Source of the DNA: Desulfurococcaceae archaeon
GTDB lineage: Archaea > Thermoproteota > Thermoprotei_A > Sulfolobales > Desulfurococcaceae
Length of the DNA: 64,000 nucleotides
NCBI GenBank assembly: GCA_041287395.1
Contig: JBEULI010000029.1
Location: forward strand, 4,837-68,836
Direction: 5' to 3'
Under the pieces are notes generated by a model. The model saw only the letters and a program-made list of their open reading frames with translations, made no database searches and was not told the origin of the DNA. A program made the translations under genes and the position numbers. Shown piece after piece: positions 17,730-26,437 of this stretch; position 1 is the stretch's first letter; the number at the start of each line of letters is the position of its first letter.

Positions 17730-19805
17730 TCAAGCTGGGCGCCTGGATATGAGAAATAGGAAGCCGTAGCGCCAGAGCGCCTCGAACGAGCTCCTTCCAT
17801 CGCCGTAGACGGCCTCATACGGTCCTTTGCCTATATTGCCGAGGCAACCGTTGAGTTGTGCAATTTCCGGTCTCGTGTTAACCAGGACCACTGCCTGCCC
17901 ATCGAGCCATCGCTCAATGGCCAGGACGTTTCCGCAAGCATGCAACCTTGCGAAGCCCAGCCTGAGCTCTGGTACTTCCTTCCTAAGCCTGGCGAGCGTC
18001 CTCAGGTGCTCGAGGAGCTCGACGTTCCATTTCCTCCTGTCCCATGGCATCGGGCGCCTATTGTCTGGGTCGGCATTGCCCGGTAGCCCTATTTCATCGC
18101 CGTAGTAAATTGCGGGGCTCCCGGGCAACGAGAAGAGGATGGCATAGAGGGCCCTCAAGGCGTCGACGTCGCTGACTAGCGTGGAAATTCTTACGGTGTC
18201 GTGGGATCCCAACATGTTGTAAAGCTGCAAGAACTTTTGGTGGGGCATGGCCGATGCCAGCGCATCGAACTTCTCCACGAACTCCGCTGCGGTCTCGCGG
18301 CCCCAGAACAGCATGATCAAGTGTTGCCTGAGAGGGTAGTTCATGGCCGAGTCGTAGATCTCGCAGAGGCTTTCCACGTTAACCGTCGCTTCGGCAATGA
18401 ACACGGCGTCCCTCCTGAACTCTTTAACGAGCTTTGCCGCCTCCTCGGCCCAGTCCAGGGGGATGGCATGCGCGACGTCTATCCTGAGGCCGTCGGCTCC
18501 GGCCTCCACCCACTTTTTGAGCACGCTTTTCATGTACTCGCGAACCTCAGGCTCCTCGTAGTTCAGCGATGGCAGGTACCACGACCCTGAGAACGACTCG
18601 TAAAAGGCCTTCCCGAGCTCCCTCGCTGCGGACCTGAGCACAGTGATGTCGCACTCCTCAAGTAGCCTTGCCCAGCGCTCCGCGACGTCCTTTGGCGGCT
18701 CCTCGCGGAACTTGTACCAGCTGTAGTACTTCGAGTTCCTCCCTTTCTCGAGTGCGTCCACGAAAAACTCGTGGCACGCGCTCGTGTGCCTTGCTGGGAT
18801 GTCCAGGACGAGCCTCATCCCTCGCTCCCTGAGCCTCGCAACGAGGAGCTCGAAGGCCTCATTGCCCCCCGCGTACCTGTCAACGCTCATGAAGTCGACG
18901 ACGTCGTACCTGTGGTAAGTTCGCGCCTCGAATATCGGAGTTAGGTAGACGACGTCGACGCCGAGGCTCTTTATGTAGTCGACTTTCTCGGCCACGCCCT
19001 CCAGGTCGCCTCCATAATATCCCGGAGCCCTCGGCGACGCGCCGTCCGCTGCCACCTTCGTCGGCGGGTCGTTGAGGGGGTTGCCATTGTGGAAGCTGTC
19101 AACGAAGATCGAGTAGTAGATGGCGCCGGCATACCACGGAGGGGACTCGACGCCGTGCACCTCGTTTAGGGAGATCACCAGCGGGCTCGGCCTCTCCCCG
19201 ACGCCTTCGCGGCCGTAGGCGAGCCCGTTCTCGAGCAGGAACACATAGGAGATTACTGGCCCGAGGTACTTGGCGTCGACGACGTACTCAAACACCTTCT
19301 CCTTCCCGAAGCGCCTCACGGTGCTTGGCTCGAAGGTCCCCCTTCCGAGGACCTCGAGCAGGGCGGAGCCCACCTTTGCCGACGTCCTGAGCCTCACGAC
19401 CAGGTACTTCGCGAACCTATGCATGTAAGCCGGGTCGTGCTCATCGTGGATGACGTACTCAGTTATTTCCTCTGGCACTTTTATCTCGAGCCTGCTCAAA
19501 GTCAGCTTGCCCGAAAAGTTGAAGGGCTCCACGACGTCGACTACGTCTCCGACCTCCGGATCCCTTTGAGCCGGCTCCTCCCCGTCAACTGAAAAGCCGT
19601 AGCCGTAGATGCCCGGGTACAGCGGTATCCTGGCATATCCCCTGTTCCCAAGCTTCACCAGCTTGAGGCCTCCTGGCGTCAGCGAGAGGAAGGTGCCAAC
19701 GAGGTACACGCGATTCGCGCCCCGGGGCCAGGGAGCGCTGAACTCCACAACGAATCTCTTCGGCCTGCCTGGACCTATGGTCTCCCTCCCGATTACCCTG
19801 TACAT
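17730..19805 (-). CDS. GH13 alpha-amylase-family enzyme (cyclomaltodextrinase/neopullulanase-like) with N-terminal E-set/CBM-like domain
   Basis: Contains IYYSIFVDSFHNGNPLND, GGDLEGVAEKVDYIKSLGVDVVYLTPIF, VLDIPARHTS, GADGLRIDVAHAI, FIAEAT and LGSHDTVR, which correspond to GH13 conserved regions I-IV. Confidence 0.85.
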   Translation of the reverse strand: MYRVIGRETIGPGRPKRFVVEFSAPWPRGANRVYLVGTFLSLTPGGLKLVKLGNRGYARIPLYPGIYGYGFSVDGEEPAQRDPEVGDVVDVVEPFNFSGKLTLSRLEIKVPEEITEYVIHDEHDPAYMHRFAKYLVVRLRTSAKVGSALLEVLGRGTFEPSTVRRFGKEKVFEYVVDAKYLGPVISYVFLLENGLAYGREGVGERPSPLVISLNEVHGVESPPWYAGAIYYSIFVDSFHNGNPLNDPPTKVAADGASPRAPGYYGGDLEGVAEKVDYIKSLGVDVVYLTPIFEARTYHRYDVVDFMSVDRYAGGNEAFELLVARLRERGMRLVLDIPARHTSACHEFFVDALEKGRNSKYYSWYKFREEPPKDVAERWARLLEECDITVLRSAARELGKAFYESFSGSWYLPSLNYEEPEVREYMKSVLKKWVEAGADGLRIDVAHAIPLDWAEEAAKLVKEFRRDAVFIAEATVNVESLCEIYDSAMNYPLRQHLIMLFWGRETAAEFVEKFDALASAMPHQKFLQLYNMLGSHDTVRISTLVSDVDALRALYAILFSLPGSPAIYYGDEIGLPGNADPDNRRPMPWDRRKWNVELLEHLRTLARLRKEVPELRLGFARLHACGNVLAIERWLDGQAVVLVNTRPEIAQLNGCLGNIGKGPYEAVYGDGRSSFEALWRYGFLFLISRRPA

Positions 19806-19815
19806 TTGCGCAGCC

Positions 19816-21411
19816 TCAGAGCTCCAATGGCATGTACCTCCTGAACGTCTCGAGCGGCCTTTCCCTCATCAACTTGATTGCGTGGGGCAAGTAATCGAGT
19901 AGGATGTCGGGCGTCACCCCGTCCTCCCCCACGTCCGCTGCAGCGAGATCTGCGGCCAGGCCATGCACGAGCACTCCCATTCTAGCTGCCCTGCCCACGT
20001 CCCTCAGCCCGAGCCCGTACATGGCGGCTATGACTCCGCAGAGAACATCGCCGCTCCCGGCCTTGGCCAGGCCCGGGTTCCCCGTCACGTTGATGTGGAC
20101 GGTTAGGTCGGGCTCCGCGACGATCGTCCGCGCGCCTTTGAGCACTAGGTACACGTTATATCTCGACGCGAACTCGCGCGCTGCCTCCACCGGCGACTTG
20201 GACACCTCCTGGGGCTCCCTGCCGACGAGCCTCGAGAACTCGCCGGGATGCGGCGTGAGCACCGTGGGTGCCCTGCGGGCCAGCAGGATTTCGGGGGACT
20301 TCGCAAGCGCCGTTAGCCCGTCCCCGTCGACTAGGACCGGGACCTCGAGCCTCCTTATGAGGGATCTGGCCAGCTCCTGGGCCTCCTCGTCCAGTGATAG
20401 GCCGGGCCCCACGATGACGAAGTCCACGTCATACCTCTTCACGAGCTCCAAGAGGTCCTCGAGGTTTTTCACGCTCGCAGCCCCCTGAGGAGTTTCCTCG
20501 AGGGGGACGAAGACGATCTCGCTGTTCCTGGACGCTATGAAGGGGACGACGGACTTCGGGGCGGCCAGCCTCGCGTATCCTCCGCCGGCTCTGAGGAAGG
20601 AGGAGGCCGAGTAATAGGGGGCGCCGTAGTAGTACCTGGAGCCGCCAACCACGAGAAGCTTTCCGAAGGTTCCCTTGTGACCCCACCTCAGCCTCTCCGG
20701 GAGGGGCACGGGCTCGTTGAGGAACGTCCTCGTGCGCTGCAGGAGCCTTGGGGGGTAGCACAGCCTCGAGAGGTAGAGCCTGCCGCAATAGTAGTGGCCA
20801 GGGTACAGGATGTTGCCGAGCTTGGGCAGGCCGAAGGTGACGGTGGCCCTAGACTTCACGGCGACGCCCATGACCTGGCCATTGCTGGCGTCGACCCCCG
20901 ACGGTATGTCCACGCTGATCACGGGCCTGTTCGCCGAGTTTATGATCTCGATGGCCTCCCTCCTTAGCCCCGTCACCTCGCCCCTCAGGCCTATGCCTAT
21001 GAGCCCAACCACGGCAGCGTCGAAGGATGGTAGCTCGGCCTTAAGCTGTTGCAACTTCTCGGGCGCGTCGATCGCGGAGACCTCAACGCCGAACGCCAGG
21101 AGCCTCTCGTACTGTTCTCTCGCCAGCGGGCTCATTTCTTCTGGCCTACCGATCACGTAGACCTTGACCAGGGCCCCAGCAGTGCTCAGGTAACGGGCCG
21201 CGACCATAGCATCGCCGCCGTTGTTCCCCGTGCCAGCGATCACGGCAATCCTCTTCCCCTCGAGCGATCCCAGCTCCCTCTGGACGACCAGGTATACCGA
21301 GTGGCCAGCGGCCTCCATCAGCAGGCCGTGGTGTACTCCGTATTTCGGGGCCTCGTCATCTATGAGCTTCATCTCGTCAGGCGAGAGGAGGCCAAGCATG
21401 TGCCTGCCCAT
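19816..21411 (-). CDS. nnr: bifunctional NAD(P)H-hydrate repair enzyme (epimerase + ADP-dependent dehydratase)
   Basis: N-terminal YjeF_N block AGTGNNGGDAMVAARYL. C-terminal carbohydrate-kinase-like block KGTFGKLLVVGGS ... GNPGLAKAGSGDVLCG. Confidence 0.9.
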   Translation of the reverse strand: MGRHMLGLLSPDEMKLIDDEAPKYGVHHGLLMEAAGHSVYLVVQRELGSLEGKRIAVIAGTGNNGGDAMVAARYLSTAGALVKVYVIGRPEEMSPLAREQYERLLAFGVEVSAIDAPEKLQQLKAELPSFDAAVVGLIGIGLRGEVTGLRREAIEIINSANRPVISVDIPSGVDASNGQVMGVAVKSRATVTFGLPKLGNILYPGHYYCGRLYLSRLCYPPRLLQRTRTFLNEPVPLPERLRWGHKGTFGKLLVVGGSRYYYGAPYYSASSFLRAGGGYARLAAPKSVVPFIASRNSEIVFVPLEETPQGAASVKNLEDLLELVKRYDVDFVIVGPGLSLDEEAQELARSLIRRLEVPVLVDGDGLTALAKSPEILLARRAPTVLTPHPGEFSRLVGREPQEVSKSPVEAAREFASRYNVYLVLKGARTIVAEPDLTVHINVTGNPGLAKAGSGDVLCGVIAAMYGLGLRDVGRAARMGVLVHGLAADLAAADVGEDGVTPDILLDYLPHAIKLMRERPLETFRRYMPLEL

Positions 21412-21416
21412 CGTAA

Positions 21417-22034
21417 CTAAATCGATAGCACGTGCCTAAATGGGTTGTTGTCGACGACTATTTCCACGCCCTCTTCGGGCCTTTCCTCCCTGCGCGCGAT
21501 CACGAGCGTGCCAGCGCTCGTGGCCATTTCGCACGCGTTACGGTTTGGAGTGCCCAGATCGCGGCAGGCCTCGGCCAGGAAGCTGGTGATCCCCGTCCTC
21601 AGGTACAGGCCCAAGATCACCCACGCCCTCAGGGGCCCCCTAGCCACTCGGCTGGCTATCTTGCCCGGGATAAGCGTAAGGGATGCTAGGCTGTTGTCCA
21701 CCACGTCGAGGATCGCTGGCAGAGGCTCCCAGTCCTCCGTCTCCAGGTACACCCCGTACCCGCCATAGAACATCGCGCTCCTCGCAACCCTGACGAGGAA
21801 GCCCCCCTCGACCGCTGTCATGCCCTCCGCTATTTCGCGGCAAGCATTGCGCGTGAGGCCGTCGTCCAGTTGTCGCGGCACGTTCGAGACGACCCTCCAA
21901 TTGCTTCCCTTCCTCAACATGTTGATCCTGTAGTTGAGGGCCGGCACAGCTACTATGCCCCTCAAGGGCTCGTCGACCAGCTCGCCGAGCACCAGCACGT
22001 AGGGGCAGCTGAACAGCTCGTCGTAAGCCCACAC
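21417..22034 (-). CDS. hypothetical protein
   Basis: 205-aa ORF, co-directional with nnr and 5 nt upstream of it. Composition is normal. I recognised no motif. Confidence 0.45.
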   Translation of the reverse strand: MWAYDELFSCPYVLVLGELVDEPLRGIVAVPALNYRINMLRKGSNWRVVSNVPRQLDDGLTRNACREIAEGMTAVEGGFLVRVARSAMFYGGYGVYLETEDWEPLPAILDVVDNSLASLTLIPGKIASRVARGPLRAWVILGLYLRTGITSFLAEACRDLGTPNRNACEMATSAGTLVIARREERPEEGVEIVVDNNPFRHVLSI

Positions 22035-22174
22035 GGGCCCTCCCCCACTCTTAGGAGCTTCCCGGCGCGATAAGCAATGTCGTTCGCGGGGAGACCAATT
22101 GGAACCGTTCCAGGGCTACCTGGAACGAGCTCATTTAAAAAACGGAACGATAAGGGGGCTCTCGGTGGAATGGG

Positions 22175-23389
22175 ATGGACGGCTGGGGACTTAAGGCCTT
22201 GGCCGGTCTCGCGATAGTGGCAGTGGTCGTTGGACTGCTGGCGGCCATGCCATTCGTCGCCAGAGCGTACAACGACAACGCCAACGAGGAGAAGGAGGAG
22301 GTCGACATAGCCAATGGAACGATCGCCGTGATGCCTATACTCGGTGTCAATGCCACCCAGGCCATAGCAGCAGCCTATAACGTGAGGAATGTCACATATC
22401 CGCTGTTCCAGTGGGAGATCTCGAAGAACGTCACTGCAGCCAACGTCACCCTCAACGTCGGCGATAAGCTGCTGGCCATGGCTGAGTCGTCCAACAATAC
22501 CAGGAGGGCGGTGGCGTTAGCCCTGGCCTCGATACTGCATTACAGCCAATCCGTGGGACTTGCCACGATAGTCCTCCACAGGAACCTCTCCGAAGCCCTC
22601 GGGCAGTATGGCAACGTGACGGCAGACGTCGTTTTGTCGGTGTTGGCGCTGGACCAGGAGTTCAAGGGAGTGCTGCAACAGGGAATTAAGGTGGCAGACG
22701 ACCTCGGCATAGGCGTCCCCAACCTCACCAACGTGCTAATCAGCAAGGGCGACGACCTGATAGCGAACGCCACTGCGCTCCTTCAGTCCAACGAGACCTT
22801 GAAGGCTCTGAAGGCCTCCATCGAGGCTTATTACGCCTACGACCTGGCATATGGCGTGCTGGTCAAGGAGGTCGCCCTGAACTCGCTGGGGCTAAAGGTC
22901 GAGCTCTCGCTGGCAAAGCCCATAGCGCCGATGTTCGTAATTTGCAAGGTCAAGCCCAAGAGCCTATTGCCGGCAATTAAGGGGCTGCCGAGCGACATGA
23001 GAAGGGCCATCGAGGAGGGCATACAGAATGGAACCATAAACGATGTCGATGAGATGATCGAGCACGTACGCAACTACTCAGCCAAGGTGAGCGTGGAGAT
23101 CGAGAGGGAGGAGGCTGAACACTTCGCCAATTTCGTGACTGAGGTCGTTGTCAAGATATTCTCAAAGCACGGCCTCAAGGTGGATGAGGATCTGGTGAGG
23201 AACACGGTAATGCAGGCAGTGAATCAATGGATTTCGAAGGGCAACCTGAGCGGCAACATGTCTAGCGTGCTCAGCAACGTGCTTTCCCAGGTCGGCCAAC
23301 AGCTCAACGTGAAGCACAGGGCCAATGTGGATGTGGAGACGGAATTCGAGCACTCAGTCACAATAGTCATAATTAAGTACAAACACTAA
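22175..23389 (+). CDS. N-terminally anchored/secreted, largely helical glycoprotein (hypothetical)
   Basis: Hydrophobic N-terminus LAGLAIVAVVVGLLAAMPFVA. About 15 N-x-S/T sequons by eye. Otherwise no recognisable domain. Confidence 0.6.
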   Translation: MDGWGLKALAGLAIVAVVVGLLAAMPFVARAYNDNANEEKEEVDIANGTIAVMPILGVNATQAIAAAYNVRNVTYPLFQWEISKNVTAANVTLNVGDKLLAMAESSNNTRRAVALALASILHYSQSVGLATIVLHRNLSEALGQYGNVTADVVLSVLALDQEFKGVLQQGIKVADDLGIGVPNLTNVLISKGDDLIANATALLQSNETLKALKASIEAYYAYDLAYGVLVKEVALNSLGLKVELSLAKPIAPMFVICKVKPKSLLPAIKGLPSDMRRAIEEGIQNGTINDVDEMIEHVRNYSAKVSVEIEREEAEHFANFVTEVVVKIFSKHGLKVDEDLVRNTVMQAVNQWISKGNLSGNMSSVLSNVLSQVGQQLNVKHRANVDVETEFEHSVTIVIIKYKH

Positions 23390-23397
23390 GGTCATAA

Positions 23398-23418
23398 TTT
23401 TTTCCCACAATTTTTTTT
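23398..23418 (+). terminator. two oligo-T tracts (terminator of 22175..23389; the second may double as the TATA region for 23460)
   Basis: TTTTTTCCCACAATTTTTTTTAA lies 9-30 nt after the stop, in a 70-nt AT-rich spacer. Confidence 0.45.
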
Positions 23419-23459
23419 AATTCTCTCTCTTAGGAAGCCCTTGCAAGGGGGACGCAACA

Positions 23460-24287
23460 ATGCGCCGGAACTCCTTGGGCGCGGCACTGGCGTTGGTATT
23501 GTTGATCGCGTCCTCTGTCGTTTGGGCACATGCGCAGAGCGTTACCTCAATTAATATTTACACCTTTTACGATCCAGCCGCGGGCCAGGGCTTCGTGGTG
23601 TACAACCTCACGTTGGCTGGCGTGAGCGGCCCCACAATCCTCTACATAGCTCTGCCGTCTGACAACGTCACGAGGATCGTTAGCGTGGCCAACTATTCCG
23701 GGAGCCCCCTGCCCTACCAGTTCTTCCCCCAGAACAACAGCGTGGCGGTGGCCGTCTACGGGAGTACTGGCATCACGATCACGTACACAGTCTCTGGACT
23801 CTTCTACGAGGCTGGCATAGGGACCTACACGGCAATCATAGACACCACCTCCCTGCCAGCGGATCCCACATGGACCATAGTCATTCCCGGCGACTACTCG
23901 GTCTCGTGCTCGTCGCAGTGTTCCTATGCCTTCGATCCCAGCTCGAACGCGACCACGATCCGCATAATGGGTCGTAACGTATTCCTTCTCTCGTTAATGC
24001 TCCCCTTAGGCGCGACGGCAACGACTGGAACGACCACTACGGCCACCGCACGGCCGTCGCCGACGGCGAGCCCCACGCCACCTGCTTCCACGCCTTTAAC
24101 GACCTCGGCCCCCGGAAGCTCGGCGCCGGCCGGCACCACGCAGGCTGCGGGCCGGGCGACCTCGTCCGTGCAGAGCACGTCAGCTCCCAGCACTGCCAGC
24201 CCTCTGGGGCAACAGCTGCTGACGGCCATAGCCATCGCAATAATAGTGGTAGCGGCCATAGCCATCGTAGCGACGCGTAGGCGATAG
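23460..24287 (+). CDS. surface protein: signal peptide, ~150-aa ectodomain, Thr/Pro/Ser-rich linker, C-terminal TM anchor
   Basis: Signal-like N-terminus ALALVLLIASSVVWAHAQ. Linker TATTGTTTTATARPSPTASPTPPASTPLTTSAP.... C-terminal anchor LLTAIAIAIIVVAAIAIVATRRR. Confidence 0.65.
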   Translation: MRRNSLGAALALVLLIASSVVWAHAQSVTSINIYTFYDPAAGQGFVVYNLTLAGVSGPTILYIALPSDNVTRIVSVANYSGSPLPYQFFPQNNSVAVAVYGSTGITITYTVSGLFYEAGIGTYTAIIDTTSLPADPTWTIVIPGDYSVSCSSQCSYAFDPSSNATTIRIMGRNVFLLSLMLPLGATATTGTTTTATARPSPTASPTPPASTPLTTSAPGSSAPAGTTQAAGRATSSVQSTSAPSTASPLGQQLLTAIAIAIIVVAAIAIVATRRR

Positions 24288-24637
24288 CTACGCCTTTTCC
24301 CCATTTCCTTGGACTTGGTTCAGTTAACGGAAGCTGGTTCGCAAGTCCCGCAAGGCTCCACGCCCTCGAGGCAATGCTGCGGCGCAACCCCCGTTTTTAA
24401 GAACTTTCATGAGTAGCAACGTTGGACGCCCAACGCAATGTCAGGGGGAGGGATTAACGCCGCCGACGGGCACGGCTCTCGCGGCTCGTTCCCGAAAAGC
24501 GCTCCTCCGCGCGGTAAGCGGTTTCAATGTCCCCGACAAGGAAGTGTTAAAAGCCATCCATAATAGGTTCAGGTAACGTTAATATCCCCATAGAGCGTCG
24601 GTGAATCGCATAAGGCAAACTCTCGCGGGGGCTAACA

Positions 24638-25615
24638 ATGAATTTGCGGGGCATATTCGTAGCGCTGGTCCTAGCTGCGATGGTGATTGCCCGCGGGACA
24701 TCGGCACAGGCCGTTAACGGCGTCAAGTACGAGGCGTTCTACGATCCAATTAATGGCAGCGGCATACTCGAGGCGTCGTTCAGCGTGGAGACCAGCGGCC
24801 TAGCGGAGGTCGTTATGCCCGTGAACCTGTTCAGGCTCAACGCCACGCTGAAGCTCATCAACGTCACTACCCGGCCCCCCGACGCGTTGCAGGCGTTCAC
24901 CTATGACAATTCGAGCGGCTCACTGGACTTGCTCGTCAACGGCTCCTGCTCAGTGGACGCCTTCTTCTACGTCGAAGGCGTGCTCGTGGAGGCGTCGCCC
25001 GGGACGTTCATCGGCGTCGTGGACACGGCCAGGCTAAGCGTCGCTCCAACACTCCTGATCGAGCTCCCAGGAGCGTACAACGTCACCTGTCAGGCACTGA
25101 TGGGCAAAGGAGCCTGCTGGTCGACGAGCGTTGGCTCCATGACCATCATCAACGCAACGGGCAATGACATCTTCAACGTGATCGTGGTGCCCGCCGGTTC
25201 CCAGCCCCAGCCGCAAAGCCCGCCGAGCACCCCATATTTCCTCCTGGCCGCGGCATCTGCCGCGCTCGCGGCATCTGCGGCTCTCGCGATCTTCCTTAGG
25301 AGGCGGGGGCGCGGCACGGCTGAGATAGAGGTGGGCACGGCGCGAGGGATCGAGGAGGACGACGTCGCGCTCGACATAATTGTCGCGCTGGGGAGGGCTG
25401 GCGAGGAGGGCCTGAGGCAGAGCGAGATCGTCACGAGGACAGGGAGGCCGAAGTCCAGCGTTAGCAGGAGGCTGAAGAGGCTGTCGGAGGAGGGCTACGT
25501 CGAGGTCGTTAGGGCCGGGAGGCACAACTTCGTGAGACTTACCAGGAAAGGGCAGAGGCTATACGAGAAATTGGCAAAGGATCTTGACAAGGGAAACGAA
25601 GTCACTTCCTCCTGA
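24638..25615 (+). CDS. membrane-tethered winged-helix (MarR/ArsR-like) protein with N-terminal extracellular domain paralogous to 23460..24287
   Basis: Signal-like N-terminus FVALVLAAMVIARGTSAQA. The ectodomain shares FYDP..G.G, GT....VDT..L...PT..I..PG.Y.V.C with its neighbour. TM segment YFLLAAASAALAASAALAIFL is followed by RRRGRG. The C-terminal wHTH is LDIIVALGRAGEEGLRQSEIVTRTGRPKSSVSRRLKRLSEEGYVEVV. Confidence 0.7.
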   Translation: MNLRGIFVALVLAAMVIARGTSAQAVNGVKYEAFYDPINGSGILEASFSVETSGLAEVVMPVNLFRLNATLKLINVTTRPPDALQAFTYDNSSGSLDLLVNGSCSVDAFFYVEGVLVEASPGTFIGVVDTARLSVAPTLLIELPGAYNVTCQALMGKGACWSTSVGSMTIINATGNDIFNVIVVPAGSQPQPQSPPSTPYFLLAAASAALAASAALAIFLRRRGRGTAEIEVGTARGIEEDDVALDIIVALGRAGEEGLRQSEIVTRTGRPKSSVSRRLKRLSEEGYVEVVRAGRHNFVRLTRKGQRLYEKLAKDLDKGNEVTSS

Positions 25616-26315
25616 GGGCTCCCAAGAGCTCGATTGCCCTCTGGAGCTCCAGCGGCGATGAAATTATGAGCCCATCCACGATGCCCTCGAGCGACTCCAA
25701 AAGGCCGGCCAACTCGCCCTCCGAGAAGCCCGACTGGCCCAGCGCCCTGAACAGCTCCACGTTCTTGCCCACTTCCAATAGCGCGAAGGGCAACACCTTT
25801 ACCCCGGCACCCCTGGCATCCCTGGACACCTCGTGCATTTTCGACAGGCTCGCCTTCGTGAAGTGTATGGGGGCAACGAAGTCGGGCCTTAGGGAGAGCC
25901 TCTCGCGGATCTTCGTGACATCGTACCTGAGGCTCACCAGGAGGCCGAGCTTGAGCTTGTTGACGTGCTTCCTCGCGATCTCGAGCGCTTCCTCGCTGCT
26001 CACGTGACTAACGGGGAGGCCCACCTTTGGCTTGTCGCCCTGCACCAACAATAGCCCCTCCAGGCCGAACTCCTCGGCAGCCCTAGCGACCGATAGCAGC
26101 TTCAGGGCGTTGACGTCGGCCAACCTAAGGCTAACGATGACCTTGGCGTCGGGCGACGAAAGCCTAACGAAGACCCCGACCGCCAAAGGATCTACCACTG
26201 GCTCGCCGCCTGGGCCGTCGGGGAAGAAGTAGCCGTCGACCAGCCCCCTTCCGCGCTCGATGACGCGTTCCACGCGCCTTTTGCTGGTCGTGGGCAATTC
26301 CACGTATACTTCCAT
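25602..26315 (-). CDS. methylenetetrahydrofolate reductase-like TIM-barrel protein (tentative)
   Basis: 237 aa. YVELPTTSK, DGYFFPDGPGG and LEGLLLVQGDKP resemble MetF-family blocks. This is a weak, memory-based call. Confidence 0.4.
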   Translation of the reverse strand: MEVYVELPTTSKRRVERVIERGRGLVDGYFFPDGPGGEPVVDPLAVGVFVRLSSPDAKVIVSLRLADVNALKLLSVARAAEEFGLEGLLLVQGDKPKVGLPVSHVSSEEALEIARKHVNKLKLGLLVSLRYDVTKIRERLSLRPDFVAPIHFTKASLSKMHEVSRDARGAGVKVLPFALLEVGKNVELFRALGQSGFSEGELAGLLESLEGIVDGLIISSPLELQRAIELLGALRRK

Positions 26316-26437
26316 GAGATCACCTTGGCTGCGCCATGAATTTAAACGATCCCTATTATATCCTTTTTCGCCTCCCTCGCGTTCCCGAAGGGTAGGTTTT
26401 TGACCGCGACAGGTATCCTAGGAGGGGGACTGGCGCG

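Noticed and set aside
17730-19805. Possibility that the GH13 gene is GlgE (the maltose-1-phosphate maltosyltransferase that would partner Mak) or TreS.
   Set aside because: The N-terminal region and conserved blocks (FVDSFHNGNPLND, GGDLEGV..YIKSLGVDVVYLTPIF, GLRIDVAHAI) look like the cyclomaltodextrinase/neopullulanase type. They do not look like the DUF3416-GH13_3 architecture. Only a profile search can settle this.
24409-24576. 55-codon ORF in the 338-nt spacer upstream of the membrane-tethered wHTH gene.
   Set aside because: It is below the track threshold, has no motif, and the only TATA-like element lies ~10 nt from its ATG. This is more likely promoter or leader sequence of 24638.
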